From positions 2,784,001 through 2,848,000 of the forward strand of contig OZ253555.1 in assembly GCA_965262725.1 (NCBI GenBank): DNA of 64,000 nt, read 5' to 3'. A model generated the notes under the pieces. The model was given only the letters and a program-made list of their open reading frames with translations, did no database searches and was not told the origin of the DNA. The DNA comes from Dehalococcoidia bacterium (GTDB lineage: Bacteria; Chloroflexota; Dehalococcoidia; UBA2979). Shown piece after piece: positions 58,800 to 64,000 of the stretch. Made by a program: the position numbers and the translations under genes. Within the stretch, counting starts at the first letter, position 1. Each line of letters begins with the position of its first letter.

Positions 58800-59636
58800 G
58801 TGGACGTGAACGCGACAGGCCATGTGCAACGGGGCTTCGTGCACGGACCGCACGGCAACATCGAGTACATGGAGGGCGGCTCCGGACCGGCCCTGATCCT
58901 CCTCCATTCGGCGCCGAGTTCCTGCGCGCTCTTTGAGGAGGCGATCCCGCTCCTCGCCAACGACCTCCGCGCGATCGCCATGTCGCAACCGGGCTTCGGC
59001 GAGTCCGATGCGCCGCCCGCCGCGTACACGACCGTGAACGACTACGCGCGGGCCGTGATCTACCTCCTCGACGGACTGGGCATTGAGCGCGCGGCCGTGC
59101 TCGGTGCGCACACCAGCGCCCTGACCGCCCTCGAGGTGGCGGCGGCCTGGCCCGACCGCGTCGAGCGCCTCGTGATCGAGGAGTGCTTCAACTGGAGCCG
59201 GCCCGGCAGGCTCGAGGCGCTCGAGCGCCGTCACGGCTTCACCGAGCAGGCCGATGGGAGGCATCTGCTCGCGATGTGGGAGCGAGCCCACGAGCGCACG
59301 CTCCGCAACACGAGCGATCCCTCCGAGGTCGCGCGGTTGACGCGGCGAGGCTTCCTCGACACAGTGCGCGCCGAGCGGCCGGGACCGGACGGGATCAGTG
59401 GGCAAGACGCGTCCACCCGGGCGCTCGCGAGCTACCCGCTCTGGGAGCGTGCCCCGCTGGTGGAGGCGCCGACCCTGGTTGTGCACGGCGCGTCGAGCGA
59501 ACTCGGCCGCGCGCACGAGCGGCTGCTCGCCGCGATTCCCGGTGCACGCGGCATCCGGCCGCCGACCGCGCACCAGTTCACCTGGCGGGTGGCGCCAGAG
59601 CTGTGGGCCGCAGAGCTGCGAGCCTTCCTGACCTAG
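58800..59636 (+). CDS. Alpha/beta hydrolase-fold protein with non-canonical elbow (GAHTS)
   Basis: GSGPALILLH, PGFGESD, AAAWPDRVERL, APTLVVHG. Confidence 0.75.
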   Translation: MDVNATGHVQRGFVHGPHGNIEYMEGGSGPALILLHSAPSSCALFEEAIPLLANDLRAIAMSQPGFGESDAPPAAYTTVNDYARAVIYLLDGLGIERAAVLGAHTSALTALEVAAAWPDRVERLVIEECFNWSRPGRLEALERRHGFTEQADGRHLLAMWERAHERTLRNTSDPSEVARLTRRGFLDTVRAERPGPDGISGQDASTRALASYPLWERAPLVEAPTLVVHGASSELGRAHERLLAAIPGARGIRPPTAHQFTWRVAPELWAAELRAFLT

Positions 59637-59744
59637 CGACCCCTCAGCGATGCAGCCCTCCCTGGCCGGTACCGGCTCGCTGCCAGCGTGCGCGCCGGCG
59701 ACCATCGCCTTCGACCACGCCGGTCGACGGGGCGGCGTGCGACG

Positions 59745-61523
59745 TCAGGGCGACCAGACGAGCACGATCAGCGGCACGGCGACGACCGTGATCACGGCCT
59801 CGAGCGGCAGTCCGAGGCGCCAGTAGTCACCGAAGCGGTAGCCCCCCGGGCCCATCACCAGCAGGTTCGACTGGTGACCGATCGGCGTCAGGAACGCAGC
59901 CGAGGCGCCGACCGCAACGGCCATGAGGAAGGGGTCGGGCGAAGCCGAGAGTCGGCTGGCAACGCCGAGGGCGATCGGCGCCATCAGCACGGCGGCGGCC
60001 GTGTTGTTGACGATGTCCGAGAGGAACATCGCGATCACCAGCACTGCCGCCACGCTCATCCAGACCGGAAGGTCGCCGCTGACCGCGACGAGTGCTGCGG
60101 CCGCCCGGGCCGCGACGCCCGTGTCCTCGAGTGCCCCGCCCACGGGGATCATCGCTCCGAGGAGGACGATCACCCTCCAGTCGATCGACTCGTACACCTC
60201 CTTCGGGGAGAGGAGCCCGACGAGCCCCATCACCGCAGCGGCGCCGGCGATCGCAACCTGGATCGGCAGCAGCCGGAGCGCGGCCGCCATCAGCAGCGCA
60301 CCGCCGAAGATCGAAGCCGCCAGCAGCGCGCGCCGCTCCTGTCGGCCGACGCTCAGACCGCGCTCCGCGAGCGGCAGGCAGCTCAGCGCCTCGAGTGCGG
60401 CCGGGAGCTCCCGGCGATTCGACTGGAGGAGCAGTACGTCCCCGGCCTCGAGCAGCGTCTCCCGGAGTCGGGAACGGGACTGCCGGCCGCGGCGCGAGAT
60501 CGCCAGCAGGTTGACGTGGTGGCGCCGCCTCAGGTCGGCGTCCACCACCGTCCGGGCTCGCAGCGGTGAGTCGGGCATCACGACCGCCTCGGCGACGACG
60601 ACATCGCCGCCACCGAGCTCCGCCACTGCGTTCTCGCGCGAGCTGGTCTCCTCCAGGCCGGCGTCGGTGACGAGCGCATCCAGCGCGTCGCCGCTCCCTT
60701 CGACGACGAGCACGTCGCCAGCGCGCAGCATTTCGAAGCTCGAGGGAAGCGCGATCCGGCGATCACCACGCACGATCGCGGCCACGAGGAATTCCGCATC
60801 GTAGGCGGCGCCGAGCTCGGCGATGCTCCGTCCGTCCGTTCGGGACCCCTCAGGGATCCGGACTTCGAAGAGATAGTCGCTGATCTCGAAGAGGCTTCCG
60901 CTCACCGCCGCCTCGCGCTGCGGAATCAACCGCCACCCGACGAGCGAGATGAACGCGAGCCCCGCGAGCGCGACTCCGACGCCGACCGGTGCGAAGTCGA
61001 ACATCGCGAAGGCCTCGCCCGAGACGTCCGAGCGGAAGGTCGCGATGACGATGTTGGGAGGTGTCCCCACAAGCGTGACGAGTCCCCCGAGAAGGGAGCC
61101 GAACGCCAGCGGCATGAGCACGGCCGACGGGCTGTTTCCGGCATGTCTGGAGATCCGGATCGCGGTCGGCATCAGGACGGCCAGCGCCCCGACGTTGTTG
61201 ATGAATGCCGAGAGCACGGCGGCCAACCCGGAGGTCGCGGCGATCTGGCGAGTGGGCGAGCTGCCCGCGCTCGTGAGCCAGCGGGCCAGGACGTCGACCG
61301 CTCCCGAGTTCTGCAGGCCCCGACTCACGACCAGGACGCCGGCGACGGTGACGACGGCGGGATGGCCGAAGCCAGCGAACGCCGCCTCGCCGGGGATGAT
61401 GTCGAACAGCACGAGCGTCAACAGCGCGAGCAGCGCCACCGCATCGTATCGCCAGCGCCCCCACACGAAGAGGACGAAGGTGAGGACGAGCACGAAGATA
61501 ACGAGCAGCTGGTCGGCTTCCAC
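59745..61523 (-). CDS. SLC13-family permease with TrkA-C domains
   Basis: RWRYD, GFGHPAVVTV, SAFINN, TLVGTPPN, FLTPIGHQSN...GPGGYRFGDY. Confidence 0.9.
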   Translation of the reverse strand: MEADQLLVIFVLVLTFVLFVWGRWRYDAVALLALLTLVLFDIIPGEAAFAGFGHPAVVTVAGVLVVSRGLQNSGAVDVLARWLTSAGSSPTRQIAATSGLAAVLSAFINNVGALAVLMPTAIRISRHAGNSPSAVLMPLAFGSLLGGLVTLVGTPPNIVIATFRSDVSGEAFAMFDFAPVGVGVALAGLAFISLVGWRLIPQREAAVSGSLFEISDYLFEVRIPEGSRTDGRSIAELGAAYDAEFLVAAIVRGDRRIALPSSFEMLRAGDVLVVEGSGDALDALVTDAGLEETSSRENAVAELGGGDVVVAEAVVMPDSPLRARTVVDADLRRRHHVNLLAISRRGRQSRSRLRETLLEAGDVLLLQSNRRELPAALEALSCLPLAERGLSVGRQERRALLAASIFGGALLMAAALRLLPIQVAIAGAAAVMGLVGLLSPKEVYESIDWRVIVLLGAMIPVGGALEDTGVAARAAAALVAVSGDLPVWMSVAAVLVIAMFLSDIVNNTAAAVLMAPIALGVASRLSASPDPFLMAVAVGASAAFLTPIGHQSNLLVMGPGGYRFGDYWRLGLPLEAVITVVAVPLIVLVWSP

Positions 61524-61665
61524 GACGCACCTAGCGTAGACGACGAATCGACGCCCGTCGCAGCCGGGTTGGGGTGTGCCACAGCCTTGGCCGAGTAGAG
61601 TGGATGGTGGACCACCGGCAAGCCGCGCTCTTCGCGGAGCGGCGCGCCTCGGCATGAGGTACGGC

Positions 61666-62484
61666 ATGGCGCAAATCCGGAGGCGCAGTCTCGGCCGAAC
61701 CGGGCTGCTCGTCGGCGAGGTTGGCCTGGGAGCGATGGACACGCCGACCGCTGCCGACGGGGTCGAGACGCTGGCCACCGCGCTCGACCTCGGCATCGAC
61801 TTTGTCGACACGGCACGCGAGTACGCGGGCAGCGAGTTCCTGATCGGTCAGATCGTCCGCGCGCGAGGAGGCGCCGACTTCCACATCGCGACGAAGACCT
61901 TCAGCCACGGTGTCGATAACAGCCAGCGCGACGTCGACCGCTCGCTCTCGATCCTCGGCGTTCCGCGCGTGAGCCTCTACCAGCTCCACGACATCTCGAC
62001 GCCGCAGGCCTGGGACGAGGTGATGGCGGAGGAGGGAGCCCTCGGCGGACTGAAGGTCGCCCAGTTCCGCGGTCTCATCGACCACATCGGCATCTCCTCG
62101 CACAGCACCGATGTCCTGCGGAACGCCATCGACAGCGGCGAGTTCGACACCGTCATGCTCGAGTACTCCGCCTTCCTCCCCGAGACCGCCTCGCTCATCG
62201 ACCGCGCCTACGAGCGCGACGTCGGCGTGATCGTGATGAGGCCGCTCGGGGGCTCGGGCAGAACGAGCGCGATGCGCGGTCTCATCGCCGACGGCTATGC
62301 CGGCCCGCTGACGCCGGCCGCCCTGCTGCGCTACGTGCTCTCCCACCCAGGCGTCTCGGTCGCGATCCCCGGCGCGCGGCACCCCTCGCGCGTACGCGAG
62401 AACGTGGCCACCGCTCACGCAGCCAAGCCGATGGGCGCAGCGGAGCGGCGGGAGGTGGAGCAGGAGGCGGAGCAACTCTACTGA
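61666..62484 (+). CDS. Aldo/keto reductase
   Basis: LGRTGL.V..VGLG, FVDTAREY, IATK, LYQLH, HIGISSH. Confidence 0.9.
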   Translation: MAQIRRRSLGRTGLLVGEVGLGAMDTPTAADGVETLATALDLGIDFVDTAREYAGSEFLIGQIVRARGGADFHIATKTFSHGVDNSQRDVDRSLSILGVPRVSLYQLHDISTPQAWDEVMAEEGALGGLKVAQFRGLIDHIGISSHSTDVLRNAIDSGEFDTVMLEYSAFLPETASLIDRAYERDVGVIVMRPLGGSGRTSAMRGLIADGYAGPLTPAALLRYVLSHPGVSVAIPGARHPSRVRENVATAHAAKPMGAAERREVEQEAEQLY

Positions 62485-62560
62485 TGTCGGGAGGGTGTCG
62501 GCCCTTCGGCCGCTGAACGCCCCACCCGACCCGAAGGCCACGGCCGGCGCCGTCGACCCG

Positions 62561-62929
62561 TCAGCTGCGTCTCGCCTCCTCGGCGAGCCGGTTCACATCC
62601 GCGGCGAGCTCGTCCGGCCGGCGGCTGTTCAGGTAGTGGCGCCGCCCCTGACGCGTATCGACGACGACGCCGGTGCGGAGGAACGGCACCGAGCAGGCGC
62701 GACCCGCTCGCCCCCCGTCGCCGCCCCAGCGCAGGACCCAGCCGCCGTACGAGCGCCAGCGGTACCGCGCGACGCGCGCGCTCTCGATCTCCTGGCCGGG
62801 GATGGTGAGACCGCAGGGCCCGAACCGCGCGCGCAGCGTCTCCCGGCCGACCTCGATGCGGAGCACGCGGAAGACGCGCAGCACGGCGGCGGTCGAGCCC
62901 CCGGCGAGGAGCAGCGCCACGCCCGCCAA
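62561..62929 (-). CDS. Hypothetical membrane-associated protein, possibly 5'-truncated
   Basis: TM followed by YGGW.LRW...Y.NSRRPDELA; no clear upstream start. Confidence 0.45.
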   Translation of the reverse strand: MAGVALLLAGGSTAAVLRVFRVLRIEVGRETLRARFGPCGLTIPGQEIESARVARYRWRSYGGWVLRWGGDGGRAGRACSVPFLRTGVVVDTRQGRRHYLNSRRPDELAADVNRLAEEARRS

Positions 62930-63041
62930 GACCTGATCGGCGGCGACGGCCAGCCAGCACCGGAGCGCCCGGAGCGAGTCGCCCGGGGCCGACCGGGTCC
63001 TGGCGCGCCTCCGCGAGCCTCATCGGGGTACGCTTCGCCCC

Positions 63042-63818
63042 ATGCGAGAGCTGCTGACGCCGGCCGGAGCGCGGCTCCGTTACCGGGATGAGGGAGCGGG
63101 CGACGATGCCCTGCTTCTGGTCCACGGCTGGTGCTCCAGCGGGAGGGCGTGGGAGCGGACCGCGCGCGCCTTCGCCCGGCGCGGGAGAGTGCTGCGCGTC
63201 GACCTGCGCGGCCACGGCGCGTCGGAGGCGCCGGAACGCGGCGGCTTCCTCTGGAGCGATTTCGCGGACGACCTCGAGGCGCTGGTCCGCTCGCTCGGCC
63301 TCGCCCGCCTCGTCGCCGTCGGACACTCGATGGGGAGTCCGATCTCGCTCGAGCTCGCCGGGAGGCTGCCGCGCATCGTGACCGGGGTCGTCGCGGTCGA
63401 CGGCCTCTCCGGCCTCGGTCTTTCGGAAGAGCGAGCCGCGACGCATCCCTGGGTCGTGGCGCTCACGCCGACCAGCACCGCGGAGACGAGGCGGCGCCTC
63501 GTCGAGACCTTTCTTCCAGCCGATCCCCGGGGCCGGCAGATCGTAGCCGGCGACGCGGCGCGCGCCGATCCCGGGGCCGCCCTCGCCGCGTACCGCGACT
63601 CCGTGGTCACCGGAACGCCGCGCGAGGCGTGGCGGCAGCAGAAGCACCCATTCCTGTACGTCGCCGCCAGCCGCAGCCGCCGCACGGCGGTGGATGTGCG
63701 GGCCGTGATCCCCCACGCGCAGTTCGGGCAGGTCGTGAACTCCGGCCACTACGCCCAGCTCGACGCCGCGGCGCAGCTTCACGCGATGTTGGATCGCTTC
63801 CTCGCGCACATCCCGTAG
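63042..63818 (+). CDS. Alpha/beta hydrolase
   Basis: LLLVHGW, DLRGHGAS, GHSMG, SGHY. Confidence 0.85.
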   Translation: MRELLTPAGARLRYRDEGAGDDALLLVHGWCSSGRAWERTARAFARRGRVLRVDLRGHGASEAPERGGFLWSDFADDLEALVRSLGLARLVAVGHSMGSPISLELAGRLPRIVTGVVAVDGLSGLGLSEERAATHPWVVALTPTSTAETRRRLVETFLPADPRGRQIVAGDAARADPGAALAAYRDSVVTGTPREAWRQQKHPFLYVAASRSRRTAVDVRAVIPHAQFGQVVNSGHYAQLDAAAQLHAMLDRFLAHIP

Positions 63819-63887
63819 CAGCGATCCGCACCATCGGGCCCGCCGACCCGTCGGCGAGCTGTGACGGCCGGGCGTGGCGCCGCGTCG

Positions 63888-64000
63888 TCAGCTCCCGCGC
63901 GCGATCACCTCGACGTAGAGCCCGTGCAGCGCGCGGGGGTGGATCCAGTAGGTGCCACCACCGCCTCCCGCGATACCTGCGCCGGCCGCTGCAGCGGCTT
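63888..64000 (-). CDS. VOC-family protein, C-terminal end; runs off the window end
   Basis: Minus-strand frame ends ...TYWIHPRALHGLYVEVIARGS-stop, similar to WVHPSAAHGAFLEI in 52909..53784. Confidence 0.55.
   Translation of the reverse strand, partial: AAAAAGAGIAGGGGGTYWIHPRALHGLYVEVIARGS

Overview
High-GC bacterial chromosomal window. Gene content is most consistent with Chloroflexota, probably a Dehalococcoidia/SAR202-Tepidiforma-like lineage; this is inference from Chloroflexus-type Mcl/Mch, an LLM monooxygenase, CIRCE and the DAK2-DegV-recG cluster. It holds about 60 densely packed genes. Housekeeping: groEL with a perfect CIRCE, argJB-UPF0182-argDGH-rpe, rpmB, fakA/degV/recG, argS-trpS, citrate synthase, gatCA, a class A PBP. 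Stress and metal: NiSOD sodN-sodX, ferritin, nth. One complete IS5-family element sits in the nuoB stop codon with a CTAG duplication. Notable points: (1) selD is a selenoprotein with an in-frame UGA and a downstream hairpin, missed by the ORF track, and it heads an operon with an LprG-like lipoprotein and an Rv1410c/P55-like MFS pump; (2) a C5-dicarboxylate acyl-CoA cluster carries Chloroflexus-type malyl-CoA lyase, mesaconyl-CoA hydratase, a methylsuccinyl-CoA dehydrogenase-like enzyme and an atypical ADP-forming acid-CoA ligase; (3) two unexplained structured intergenic elements. No rRNA, tRNA or CRISPR array was seen. All family calls come from motifs recognised by eye, not from database searches.
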